From IMG/VR virus record IMGVR_UViG_3300008954_000007: a stretch of DNA of 64,000 nucleotides; one strand, given 5' to 3'. The stretch comes from a virus. A program made the position numbers and the translations under genes. The notes under the pieces are model-generated. The model was not told where the DNA came from. It searched no databases and saw nothing but the letters and a program-made list of their open reading frames with translations. This document shows positions 1 to 9,480 of the stretch, piece by piece. How positions within the stretch are numbered: the first letter of the stretch is position 1; each line of letters opens with the position of its first letter.

Positions 1-1
1 C

Positions 2-2956
2 TTAAGGAATTATCAGAAGTCACTTTGGGATAGAAGAGGGGTTTTGTGGGGAAATTTAACTGAAGTTAGGGATACTCTAGGGAAGATGTCTTTAATGGAT
101 TATTTGAAATATCAAGTAAAACAATCAACTTCTGAATTAAGTGGAGATTGGTATGATGAAATTGAAGAAATAACATCTGAGATAAGGTCAATTGATCAAA
201 TAGCTGGAACTAGAGTAAAAAGAATAGTTGATAATAGACAAGAGAATTTTCATTCAGATTATGAGTTACAAGATGGAGTAATACATACTAGTAAGATAGA
301 TGGTTTAAGTTATGCACTACTTGACTATAGAACAGAAGAAGATATATTTAGAAATATAGAGACAGGTGTAGAGACTATAGCCCCTTTGGGTTGGAGAGAA
401 GATCCAAATTGGTCAGGTAAATTACCATATCAGGAGTATGTTGAGGATAAGAAAATCCAAATTACACCTGAATGGACTTTATTACATAACTCTAAAGGTA
501 GGGTTCCAGGGTTAAAGACAGGAGAAGAATGGGGTTCACCAGTTTACAGGACTAATCTTCAGTATTCTAGTGTTGGTGATATAGATAAAGCTATTGCTAA
601 TATGTTGGGTGGAGTAATAAGTGAGGACTACATTTTTCATGATCCATCACCTACTGATGATTCTTCAATTAGGGCTTTAAGAGTGCATGGAATTAATGAG
701 TCCATAGTTGAACATGAGGGTGTTCAACATTTTGTTTTTGATTTTGGCAATAAACTTAATATCTTTGTAAAAAGAGATGGTGTTGAGATTGAAGAAAACT
801 ATAGAGAATATTTAAAAAATAAAGGGATTTCAAATGAAGACATTTCTGGCCCTAATGGTAAACAATTTGATCCAACACATATAGATGGTTTTCTTAGTTC
901 ACATTATTCAATAGGTAATAGCATTGGGAAGAAGATAAGACCTTTTAAGAATTTTGATCAATCAGACAAAGCAGATAGTGTTGAGGGATTTTTTTCTTAT
1001 AAAACACATGATTTTGATATTGACATAACTGATGGTTTTTTAAGACAACTTATTAATGAGAATATTATTGATAAAATACATGATCAAAAAGACAGAAGCT
1101 TTTTAGAAGAATTAAAGGGAACAGAAGAGAAAAAGATTGTTGAAGTTCAAAAATGGTTTTTAAGTAAGAGTTTAAGGGAAAGAGATGCTTTAATATTTAG
1201 GTATAATGTGATAACCCTACCAGGGGAAAGGCAATATTTAGTGCCTAAAATAAGACCAAATCAGTCAAAGACTTTAAAGCATTTTTCTCTTGATTCTATA
1301 ACAGAACCTATCGCAGCATTTATTAACAACAAGTTTATTGAACAATTGACAGAAGGAACTATAGATTCTATTGCTAAAAGGATGAATAGTTTTGATGAAA
1401 AAAATAAAAGATCAATTAGTGACTTGGGTATATCTCCATTAGGTGATTTTAGGAGAAGTGTTGCTAGTTTTGTTCTTTGGGCTAAAGGAATAAAGAAAGA
1501 TCTACCTAGAGTTAATATAGAAGATAATTATTTGTTGAATATTTACGAAAAAATTAAAAATGGTGAGTATATACCTAGCAAATGGACAGAAAGTGTAGAA
1601 AAGCAAAATTTGTCTACTGGAATATCTAGAGATGAAATTAAGAATTTATTGGGAGATGAAAACAAAAATAATGAGAGAGCACTGGTATTTGTTCAATGGT
1701 GGAACTTTAAAAGATTAACTGATGGTCATAATATTTTTGGATTTGATCATCATCACTTAATTCCTAAAATATACAATAGTAAACATTCTTTTGTGGGAAA
1801 CTGGCGTAGTGATTATTCAGAAAATGAAGATGGATTAACAGAATTAGAAAAAAATTGGTCTGATTCATTAGGGAGCAATAATTCATTAAATTTAACTTAT
1901 AGTGCGACAGGGAACACACATCAAACAATTTTCCACTCTACAGATGTAAAAATGGGTGCTTACATTAAAGATAATGATGAGGACAAAGTTGATTTACCAG
2001 ATTTATACATGACAACAACAAATATTGGTGGAAAAGTAGTTCCATACTATAATGAAAAAACAATGACACAAGCTAAATATGATGATTCTGAAATACCATC
2101 TATGGATAGTATTTCAGAAGAAGAGATGGGTTGGGTAAAGATAAATTCCTATAGGTCTTTAAAATATAGTGATTTAAGTGAAGAAGAGGTAGTAAGGTTT
2201 AGTTCACAACTAGAAGTTGTTGCTGATAAATATAAAAAAGAATTAAGAAAAGGTTTTGATGGGTTTGAATTGGAAATTGATACAGTTGATATTTTAAAAA
2301 AAATTGATGATAAACAAGGGATTTTGATGCCAACAATATCTGAAACTGGTGAGGGTGATTTAATTTACGACTCTAAAAAAGATAAGAAGGTTAATGCAAT
2401 GAGTCAAGAAGTTTTAGATGATCTCAAAAATCCTAGCAAAATTAGTGCTGGAATACATACTTTACTATCTCTTAGTACAGAGGAAAATGAGGTTGTTTTT
2501 TATTATAAGGATACTACTGGTCTAGTTAAAAACATTAAAACAGGAAAGAGTGTTGACAATAAGAATTTAAGAAAAGCTAAAGAAATAGGAAAGATAGACA
2601 CTACAAAAGATAAGCCAGTTTTAACTCTCAAATTGGATTCAGGTATTTCTTTAATGAAGGATCGTGGGAATAAGTATAAAGATGGAAATAAGCTTGTTAC
2701 AAAAGGAAACACATTAAGTTTTGATTATTATTCAGCAGTATTCCCTAGAGAGAAAGATGAGAAAGACACCTCTTGGAGAGAACATAGTTTTTTTAAGGTT
2801 ACATCTAGTAAAAGACCTATAACCCCAGGTAATAAAGTTAGTAGAAAAATGATTGTTCCAATTTCTACAACTCCTCAAAAAGTAGAGGGAATGTCTCAAA
2901 CAATGAAAAATTGTACAGATATTATTAGAGTACATAGAGAGTTAGCTGGAACATAA
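2..2956 (+). CDS. Large protein, 5'-truncated (>=984 aa), with an internal HNH/AHH-like nuclease motif; possible MuF/minor-head polymorphic toxin fusion
   Basis: The frame is open from position 2 (tta agg aat tat cag...), so TTG 44 is probably not the true start. Motif FDHHHLIP...NNSLNL...NTHQTIFH at ~1742-1936. It lies just upstream of the prohead protease and is followed by a SUKH-like gene. Confidence 0.55.
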   Translation, partial: LRNYQKSLWDRRGVLWGNLTEVRDTLGKMSLMDYLKYQVKQSTSELSGDWYDEIEEITSEIRSIDQIAGTRVKRIVDNRQENFHSDYELQDGVIHTSKIDGLSYALLDYRTEEDIFRNIETGVETIAPLGWREDPNWSGKLPYQEYVEDKKIQITPEWTLLHNSKGRVPGLKTGEEWGSPVYRTNLQYSSVGDIDKAIANMLGGVISEDYIFHDPSPTDDSSIRALRVHGINESIVEHEGVQHFVFDFGNKLNIFVKRDGVEIEENYREYLKNKGISNEDISGPNGKQFDPTHIDGFLSSHYSIGNSIGKKIRPFKNFDQSDKADSVEGFFSYKTHDFDIDITDGFLRQLINENIIDKIHDQKDRSFLEELKGTEEKKIVEVQKWFLSKSLRERDALIFRYNVITLPGERQYLVPKIRPNQSKTLKHFSLDSITEPIAAFINNKFIEQLTEGTIDSIAKRMNSFDEKNKRSISDLGISPLGDFRRSVASFVLWAKGIKKDLPRVNIEDNYLLNIYEKIKNGEYIPSKWTESVEKQNLSTGISRDEIKNLLGDENKNNERALVFVQWWNFKRLTDGHNIFGFDHHHLIPKIYNSKHSFVGNWRSDYSENEDGLTELEKNWSDSLGSNNSLNLTYSATGNTHQTIFHSTDVKMGAYIKDNDEDKVDLPDLYMTTTNIGGKVVPYYNEKTMTQAKYDDSEIPSMDSISEEEMGWVKINSYRSLKYSDLSEEEVVRFSSQLEVVADKYKKELRKGFDGFELEIDTVDILKKIDDKQGILMPTISETGEGDLIYDSKKDKKVNAMSQEVLDDLKNPSKISAGIHTLLSLSTEENEVVFYYKDTTGLVKNIKTGKSVDNKNLRKAKEIGKIDTTKDKPVLTLKLDSGISLMKDRGNKYKDGNKLVTKGNTLSFDYYSAVFPREKDEKDTSWREHSFFKVTSSKRPITPGNKVSRKMIVPISTTPQKVEGMSQTMKNCTDIIRVHRELAGT

Positions 2957-2961
2957 TAGTT

Positions 2962-3444
2962 ATGTTATATGACTTTTTATATAGAAACCCAAGCTTAGTT
3001 AATCATACAACTTATTTGGAAATAGATGAAGTAAGTGATGATTTGTACTTCACTTTTGGTTTTAGGCTTCCTTATTATGTTAAAAATTTTTATGCCACTC
3101 AAAATGGTTTAATTACTAGTTATTTTAATATTTATACGTTAAATGATTTAAAGGAGAAAACAGAATTGAATGGTTGGATAAACTCACCTGGAACTTCAAA
3201 GAGTTTGTGTTTAGGAGAGTTTAATAGTGGTTGTTATCTTTATGACTATAATGAAAAGTTAATTCAAAACTATGACTATTATCATGGCGTTTTAGGTGAG
3301 TATGTAGATGTATTTAGTTTGTTTAACGATCTTTATGAATTGTATGGATTGAAAAACATTATGGAAGATAAAACACAGGGTGAAATACATAAAACAAATA
3401 TTGAGTCTATTGATTTTAGTGGTGTAGAATTTGTTGTTGATTAG
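2962..3444 (+). CDS. SMI1/KNR4 (SUKH) family immunity-like protein
   Basis: EIDEVSDDLYFTFGFRLPYYVKNFYATQNG...FNIYTLNDL...SLCLGEFNSGCYLYD follows the SUKH pattern (E..E..LG..LP..Y..F....NG; hydrophobic-G...G...D). Starts 5 nt after the nuclease-motif ORF. Confidence 0.65.
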   Translation: MLYDFLYRNPSLVNHTTYLEIDEVSDDLYFTFGFRLPYYVKNFYATQNGLITSYFNIYTLNDLKEKTELNGWINSPGTSKSLCLGEFNSGCYLYDYNEKLIQNYDYYHGVLGEYVDVFSLFNDLYELYGLKNIMEDKTQGEIHKTNIESIDFSGVEFVVD

Positions 3445-3452
3445 GAGTTGTT

Positions 3453-3653
3453 ATGGTTACTTTTCAATCTATAAGTCATTTAAGTCAGCATCAAATGTTG
3501 AAAGAGCTACAGGAAGCAAAACAAGTAACTAGGGATGTTATTAGATTACAGATTGCTAACGAACAAAGAGAAAAACATAAACAAAATGTTATTGATAGGC
3601 AATCTTCATACAATAGGGCAAGATATGGCAGCACTTTAGATGTAAGAGCATAG
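3453..3653 (+). CDS. Small helical hypothetical protein ending GSTLDVRA
   Basis: 66-aa ORF with AGGAG RBS overlapping the previous stop codon. Confidence 0.6.
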   Translation: MVTFQSISHLSQHQMLKELQEAKQVTRDVIRLQIANEQREKHKQNVIDRQSSYNRARYGSTLDVRA

Positions 3654-3664
3654 TTTTTATATCT

Positions 3665-3682
3665 AAATGTGATATCATTTTT
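3665..3682. promoter_or_regulatory. Imperfect palindrome AAATGTGATATCATTTTT, candidate operator
   Basis: 16/18 identical to the perfect palindrome at 11044-11061; intergenic, upstream of the capsid-operon promoter. Confidence 0.5.
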
Positions 3683-3700
3683 ATTAAAATAGAAAAAAAT

Positions 3701-3729
3701 TTGACGTATAGGTTGCTAACGTATATAAT
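3701..3729 (+). promoter_or_regulatory. Sigma70-type promoter of the head operon
   Basis: TTGACG (3701-3706), 17-bp spacer, TATAAT (3724-3729), with an A-tract UP-like element upstream. Confidence 0.85.
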
Positions 3730-3761
3730 TGAAAAGGAATAATCTAGAATTGAGGTTAGAA

Positions 3762-5225
3762 ATGGCTGATGTACTCCACCATTCAATACCTTTTAGCTTC
3801 CACATGGGTTTGGATGCTGCGTATGACGACAGCAACTACCTAGAGAAAAGTGAGGATAGTGGAAGGCTTTTTCTAAAAGGTGTAGCGTCAGACACCTTGC
3901 CAGATAAGCAAAATCAAAGGTTCAGTAAGAAGTTTATTGAATCTATGGTAGAGTCTGCCAAGGGGATGACATGTTTTTATGAACATAATAGGGATCTAGA
4001 TCACACTATTGGTGTCTGTAAAGATGCTATAGTTGAAAATGATTCTTTAAATGTCCTTATTGAGTTAGAGCAACCAGAGTCTAATGATTTAGTTAAGAAA
4101 CTGGTTTCAAAATCTCAACAAGGCATACGAATTGGTCTTAGTGTTTCTGGAGTTGTTACAAAAAGCACAGTAGAAAAGAAAGATAGTGCTAGTTCAGACA
4201 TTAAGGCTATGAATGAGAATGAAGAACTACCCATTCAAGTGCTTGAAGAGGGTAGACTAGACGAAATTAGTGCTGTAGGTCTTCCATCCAATCCAAGGGG
4301 TTGGGCTGCAGTTATAATGAAGTCATTTAAGGATGGGGTGAGCAAAAACATGACAGATTTGTCTGATGTACAACAATCAGATTTAGCAGAGCCACCACAA
4401 ATTGTTCCTGATCCATTAGGTGCTGAAGAGAGTTCCTTGTTGAAGGCTGAAGAAGAGCCAGAGAAGCCAGCAGAACCTCAACCAGAACCTGCACAACCTG
4501 AACGCCAAGAGGAGAAAATCACGATGCATTCAGAAATAGTAAATGGAATTGCTGAAGCTATTGGTGGTTCTATTAGGTCGCTAAATGATGCTTTAACAGC
4601 ATTAAGGCAATCTGTTGAACAAAAGAATCAAGAGCTTTCAACAGCAGTATTAAATTTAACTGAAAAAGTTGACTTTACTGAGAAGTCTCAACATGAAAAA
4701 AGCACTAATGCTCTTAGAAGCAATTCTGATAGATTAGAATCTAATCTAAGAACTCAGAATGAATCTAGCATTAGAGCAGCTTTCGATAAGCAGAATGATA
4801 ATATTGCTAGAGCATTTGATCAAGTTAATAGTGCTCTTGTTGAGATCACTAAAGCTTTTGATGGAGTAGTTGAGAGAATTGATGTTCTAGAAACAAAAGT
4901 TGATGCTGGTTCTGACGTTTTCAAGCAACAAGTTAAAGAAGCAACCTCTGAGGCTATTGAATCCTTCCAGCAAAATCCTTCTCCTAGTGATGCAGTTCGT
5001 AAATCTGGTGGAAACCAAGATTTCAACAATGTTGAAGAACGACAAACTGAAGAGCCAGAAGCTAGGGTTTTCAAGAATAATGATGGAGATTTAGTGGTGA
5101 AAGGTGGAAGTGTTAATCCAGCCACCTTAACTAAAACTGAAATATCTGCCCTAAATGATGATCAAAAACTTGATGCATTAAATGCAGTTGTTGGTCAAAT
5201 GATGGGTATGTCAGGTCGCAGATAG
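3762..5225 (+). CDS. HK97-type prohead maturation protease fused to a coiled-coil scaffold
   Basis: LKGVAS..DKQNQRF, FYEHNR..TIG, GLSVSG and LDEISAVGLPSNP motifs, then a P/E/Q linker and a long heptad region. ATG 3762 has a GAGGT RBS; the track's TTG 3729 overlaps the -10 box. Confidence 0.88.
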   Translation: MADVLHHSIPFSFHMGLDAAYDDSNYLEKSEDSGRLFLKGVASDTLPDKQNQRFSKKFIESMVESAKGMTCFYEHNRDLDHTIGVCKDAIVENDSLNVLIELEQPESNDLVKKLVSKSQQGIRIGLSVSGVVTKSTVEKKDSASSDIKAMNENEELPIQVLEEGRLDEISAVGLPSNPRGWAAVIMKSFKDGVSKNMTDLSDVQQSDLAEPPQIVPDPLGAEESSLLKAEEEPEKPAEPQPEPAQPERQEEKITMHSEIVNGIAEAIGGSIRSLNDALTALRQSVEQKNQELSTAVLNLTEKVDFTEKSQHEKSTNALRSNSDRLESNLRTQNESSIRAAFDKQNDNIARAFDQVNSALVEITKAFDGVVERIDVLETKVDAGSDVFKQQVKEATSEAIESFQQNPSPSDAVRKSGGNQDFNNVEERQTEEPEARVFKNNDGDLVVKGGSVNPATLTKTEISALNDDQKLDALNAVVGQMMGMSGRR

Positions 5226-5251
5226 CATAGTCTTAAGAGAGGTATATAATA

Positions 5252-6514
5252 ATGAGTAATTTAGAAGGTGTCTTCACCAAAGGCCCAGATGAAGAAGCTA
5301 TTGGTTCTGTTAGTGCTGATAATCAACCTAATATAGTTGATAGTGTTGAGCATTTTGTTCCAGAACCACTGCTTAACACTTTTCATGGTTTAATGAGGGA
5401 AAAAACATTTGTACGTTCTATGTTTAGAACAGTCAATATGCCCTATACGACCATGAATATTCCAACTATTGCTTCAGGAACCAGGGTTTATCACCAACCT
5501 AATGAAGCAGCACAGGGTGAAGCAACTGGCGTAACGTCAGATAGCTATCAAATCACTGCTAGAAAACTTATGGCTCAAACCATGATTTCTAGAGAAGTGA
5601 TGGAAGATGCAAATCAAAATATTCAGCGTGTAGTGACTGAAGATTTTGCTAGTGCATTAGCTGCTGCAGAAGAGCAAGCCTTTTTGTTGGGTCAAGAAGT
5701 TGGTACTTCAGCAATAGATCCTGATACTTCAGGTGCTAGTGTTAATAGTGGAACTGTAGCTGCTGATATTAGAAGAGCCACCAACATTTGGAAAGAGACA
5801 GGGTTGATTGACTTCAATGGTGCTACAGATCAACAAATGACAAATAACCCTAATGTTATTTGTGATGGTTTGTTGACAGTTGCATTGAGAAGAGGTGGTA
5901 AGAATGTTATTGATGCTGCAGGTGACTCTTTTTATGGTTCTACTGCCTATGAATTAGTTAGAGATGCCATTTCAAAAATGGGTATTTTGGGTAGAAACAA
6001 AAGAGAATTAGTTTTAATTGTTAATTCAGTTGCTGCTAGTCAATTATTGATGAGTAGTGAGTTGATGACTCTAGAAAAGTATGGTAGAGATGCCACTATT
6101 TTGACAGGTGAAGTTGGTCAACTATTTGGATTGAAAATTATTGAATCACAATGGTTACCAGGTGGTGCAGCAGCTACTACACTTGGTGGAGGCCCATCAG
6201 GTTCTCCAGTAGCAGCAGAAGGTGCTACTTATGAAGTCACTAAAGATGGTACTGGTGCATTAGGTACTCCTAGAGAGTATGGTCTTGGTGGTTATGCCAT
6301 CTTGGTTCATATTCCAAGTGTAACTATTGGTGATCGTAGAAAAGTCTCTATCAGAACAGAAGAAGAGATTGCTGTAGATGCTTTTAGAACAGTTCTAACA
6401 TCTAGAGTTGGATTCTATTGTCAGCAACAGTATGAGTATGGTGGAACAGCCCCACTTTGTCCAGTAGTTGCCATTGGTAACATGGATTCATCAATTGGAC
6501 TAGAATCTCCTTAG
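5252..6514 (+). CDS. Major capsid protein (HK97 fold)
   Basis: FVPEPL..., ITARKLMAQTMISREVMEDA, AAAEEQAFLLG, GQLFGLKIIESQWLP; follows the protease; GAGAGGT RBS. Confidence 0.92.
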   Translation: MSNLEGVFTKGPDEEAIGSVSADNQPNIVDSVEHFVPEPLLNTFHGLMREKTFVRSMFRTVNMPYTTMNIPTIASGTRVYHQPNEAAQGEATGVTSDSYQITARKLMAQTMISREVMEDANQNIQRVVTEDFASALAAAEEQAFLLGQEVGTSAIDPDTSGASVNSGTVAADIRRATNIWKETGLIDFNGATDQQMTNNPNVICDGLLTVALRRGGKNVIDAAGDSFYGSTAYELVRDAISKMGILGRNKRELVLIVNSVAASQLLMSSELMTLEKYGRDATILTGEVGQLFGLKIIESQWLPGGAAATTLGGGPSGSPVAAEGATYEVTKDGTGALGTPREYGLGGYAILVHIPSVTIGDRRKVSIRTEEEIAVDAFRTVLTSRVGFYCQQQYEYGGTAPLCPVVAIGNMDSSIGLESP

Positions 6515-6523
6515 TAATCTACT

Positions 6524-7198
6524 ATGCCCTATTATGCTACAGAGTCTTCTGTTGTTGCTCTGAGTAATGGGCAAGTAACTGAAGAGTATATTCAGCCAGA
6601 TTGGGTAGTGTGGAACGACTTTAAGGTTGACACACTACTCAATCTAGGTTTTAGTTTTAGGCTCTATAAAGATCAGTATTCCTTTATATTGTCAGACACA
6701 ACTGTTAGGGAGATCTTTTTAAGATCTCCTTTAGTTGCTGATGATGTCTATGACTTTAAAATATTTGAAAATGATTCTGCTTACCCATCTACATCAGATA
6801 CAGAAACATCTTCAGATGATTATTTAGTTAGAAGTTCTTTTGTAGAGAGAACTAGGGATAGTGTTTGGAAAAAGTACATCACAGTAGAGTACCATTGGGG
6901 TTTCCCTACAATACCTAAAGATGTTGAAGTCCTAGCTAACTTAACTCTCCTTAATTTCTGTTTACTATCTAAACAATCCTCTAGTAGTTCTGTAGCTTCA
7001 GAGAGAATAGGGGAATATCAGTTTAGTTCAACTAGTGTGGAAACTACCACTAGTTCTTTTTCAGATGAAATAGATGATTTGGTTGCTATGGTGAAAACAA
7101 AATACAGTACAGTCAATTTCACCTTTCCAGGCGTTCAAAATCCATCTCCAACGTTAATTAATTCATCCAGAACTGAAATCTTAAACGCACCAGTATAA
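6524..7198 (+). CDS. Head-tail adaptor (SPP1 gp15/HK97 gp6-like)
   Basis: N-terminal YAT, ITVEYHWGFPTIPKDV, SERIGEYQFS; position directly after the capsid gene. Confidence 0.75.
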   Translation: MPYYATESSVVALSNGQVTEEYIQPDWVVWNDFKVDTLLNLGFSFRLYKDQYSFILSDTTVREIFLRSPLVADDVYDFKIFENDSAYPSTSDTETSSDDYLVRSSFVERTRDSVWKKYITVEYHWGFPTIPKDVEVLANLTLLNFCLLSKQSSSSSVASERIGEYQFSSTSVETTTSSFSDEIDDLVAMVKTKYSTVNFTFPGVQNPSPTLINSSRTEILNAPV

Positions 7199-7599
7199 TG
7201 TCTTTTGAGAATTTGTTGATTCATAAGGCAAATGTTTATGAGTTCAACATTAACCCCTCAGATGTTGATGATTATAATATGCCTATAGTGAGTTTATTAG
7301 CAACAGAGTATGCTAATATTTCATGTAGGTTACAACACTACCATCATAAATCTTCAGGGTTGGTGCAACAAGAGGTTGAATTAATTGAAGAAAAACCTGC
7401 TCTTTTGTTCGTATCTGGTACTTCTTTTACTCCTACCCATAGTAATTATGTTTTTCATTTTTCCATTGATAGTAGTAATTTCTATATCGTTCAAGAAATG
7501 AAAGTATTGTATGCACAATCAATTATCCCTCATCATTATGAGCTATTAGTAGTTCCATTTAATGAAGAGATATCTGGAGACTATACAGCACCAGTATAA
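7198..7599 (+). CDS. Head closure/stopper-like protein
   Basis: MSFENLLIHKANV...DDYNMP...NISCRL...HHYEL pattern typical of head-closure proteins; TAATG coupling; synteny. Confidence 0.7.
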   Translation: MSFENLLIHKANVYEFNINPSDVDDYNMPIVSLLATEYANISCRLQHYHHKSSGLVQQEVELIEEKPALLFVSGTSFTPTHSNYVFHFSIDSSNFYIVQEMKVLYAQSIIPHHYELLVVPFNEEISGDYTAPV

Positions 7600-8093
7600 T
7601 GGCTTTTCAAGATCCCATTAAAAATATCATTAAGTATTTAACTACTAATGACAATACTTCTAGTTTAAGAACTGTTGTAGAGATAGGGGAAGACTCTGGA
7701 CTATATAGAATTTATCATAATGCCATTAGATTTTGGGATATGAAAGATGATGAGTGTAAGGCGTTAACCTTAACTAAAATAAGGGATGGTGAGGGAAAGA
7801 ATGCCTTAGATCAAACTGTAGAGATGGCTTTTGAGTTTATATGTTGGTCTAACAAGAACAAAGAAAGTGAATTAATGGACTTGTGGGTTGCTTTGGATGA
7901 GATTTTTCACAATCAACACAATACTATTTATGAAAGCCTAACTGTAATACATTCTTTTAGATCACAAGAGCCAGTGTTTGATAATAGGTTTGCTTTAAAC
8001 TTAAGTCCAGCTACTACTAGATTATCATCTAGAACCAAACTAAGACTTCCTTCTGTATCTTCTACTTATACTTTCCTGGCAATGGAAAACTAA
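7599..8093 (+). CDS. Tail terminator/tail-completion-like protein
   Basis: Size, synteny after head closure, RIY..., FEFICWS...ELMDLWVALDEIFH pattern; TAATG coupling. Confidence 0.55.
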   Translation: MAFQDPIKNIIKYLTTNDNTSSLRTVVEIGEDSGLYRIYHNAIRFWDMKDDECKALTLTKIRDGEGKNALDQTVEMAFEFICWSNKNKESELMDLWVALDEIFHNQHNTIYESLTVIHSFRSQEPVFDNRFALNLSPATTRLSSRTKLRLPSVSSTYTFLAMEN

Positions 8094-9049
8094 GCTAAAT
8101 AGCTTTTAAGTTTTCTATCTCTTCTTTCCATCTCTTCTAGGTCATCAGTAAGAAAATTTAAGTTATTACTTTGTTGTTTTTGGGTAATACTTTCATGACT
8201 CACCCTAGAGTCATAGATGTTTTGTATTTCCTCTTTAGATAAGTCTGATGGGTCTTTCCCCCACTTACAAGCCATAATATCTATATCAAAAAACTTATTT
8301 TTATTAATAGTTTTTTCAATTAGTTTTATTCCACCCTCATCTCCATCCCCAAAAATAATTAATTTTTTAGCACCAAACTCCAATAGGGTTTTAACTTGGT
8401 TATCACTTAAGTCAGCACCCAAGAGTGCAGCACAGTTTTTGAAACCCTTCTGCCACATAGACATTACATCAAAAGCACCCTCTACAATAATGGTTTCTTT
8501 TTCAACTTGTTTTGAGAAGATGAAATTGGATTTAGGCATATTCTTAGGAAATATATATTTTCTTGAAGATAGTCCTGTATAGTCTCTAGCCTGAAAAGCT
8601 AAATTCCCTTTAGTTTCAATAGGAATTATAATTCTTTGATTGTAGATGGAAGATTTTTTCCTACATATGTGAAGATTGAAGTCTACTATTGTTTCAATTT
8701 CAAGTCTATTAGTTAGGTAGTAGGGGCAATCTGATTCATTAAATATCTTTTCAAATTCCTGGGGGAAAAACTTAAAATTTTCTTCTTTAGGGGTTTCTAA
8801 TTGACTTATGTCATCCAGTAGATCCTCTAGGCTATAGGTTATTTCAATATCTTCTAAACCATCAATGAGGTGACTGAGGTGACCTTTCTTATTGCACCCA
8901 TGACAATACCAAAGTTTCTTTTTCTTACTATATGAAGCAGATGGATTATCATCTAAATGGTCTGGACTAGGACAACTAATCCTTATTTCTTCATCAGTTT
9001 CGTTAAAAGTTATTATTCCAGCTTTTTCTAATATTTGTTTATGATTCAT
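8090..9049 (-). CDS. dnaG: DNA primase (zinc finger plus Toprim domain)
   Basis: CPSPDH...WYCHGC zinc finger; RIIIPI...FQAR...KY; IIVEGAFDV; DGDEGG; KDP. Confidence 0.92.
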   Translation of the reverse strand: MNHKQILEKAGIITFNETDEEIRISCPSPDHLDDNPSASYSKKKKLWYCHGCNKKGHLSHLIDGLEDIEITYSLEDLLDDISQLETPKEENFKFFPQEFEKIFNESDCPYYLTNRLEIETIVDFNLHICRKKSSIYNQRIIIPIETKGNLAFQARDYTGLSSRKYIFPKNMPKSNFIFSKQVEKETIIVEGAFDVMSMWQKGFKNCAALLGADLSDNQVKTLLEFGAKKLIIFGDGDEGGIKLIEKTINKNKFFDIDIMACKWGKDPSDLSKEEIQNIYDSRVSHESITQKQQSNNLNFLTDDLEEMERRDRKLKSYLA

Positions 9050-9480
9050 AGTGAGGGTAGGAATTTTGATTTTTTTCTGTAATTTCTTCTTGAAACTATT
9101 CTTTTTCTATATTTCTTATGAAAATCTTTGTTTTCTTTGGTTACTATTCTATCTATGTTGTCTTTTTTTTCAGTTTCTTGAAAAAGAACAATAGAGGCAA
9201 TACCTAAACTTGTTATTAACACAAAAAAAGTAGTTAGCATAAAAAACCAATCATCAGTGTTAAAGAAGTCAAAAAAGAATGAGAGATCAAGTTCTCCTAG
9301 AAGCATCGACCCTATTATTACTTTTGCACCAATTACTTGATGCATGTATTTGTTAGCTTTAGGAGTGCTTTTTGCTTCTGGATGTTTCTCATCCCATTCT
9401 TTAGATTCTTCTTTGACTCTTTCATTTAGTTCTTTAATTGCACTAAATGTTCTAAAAAAGACAAGGATTAGTCTAAGCAT
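9046..9480 (-). CDS. Small membrane protein (two hydrophobic segments, very basic C-terminus)
   Basis: VIGAKVIIGSMLLG and WFFMLTTFFVLITSLGIASIVLF segments; K/R-rich tail; overlaps both neighbouring genes. Confidence 0.65.
   Translation of the reverse strand: MLRLILVFFRTFSAIKELNERVKEESKEWDEKHPEAKSTPKANKYMHQVIGAKVIIGSMLLGELDLSFFFDFFNTDDWFFMLTTFFVLITSLGIASIVLFQETEKKDNIDRIVTKENKDFHKKYRKRIVSRRNYRKKSKFLPSL

Noticed and set aside
3729-3761. TTG start of the protease at 3729
   Set aside because: It overlaps the -10 box; ATG 3762 has a proper GAGGT RBS.
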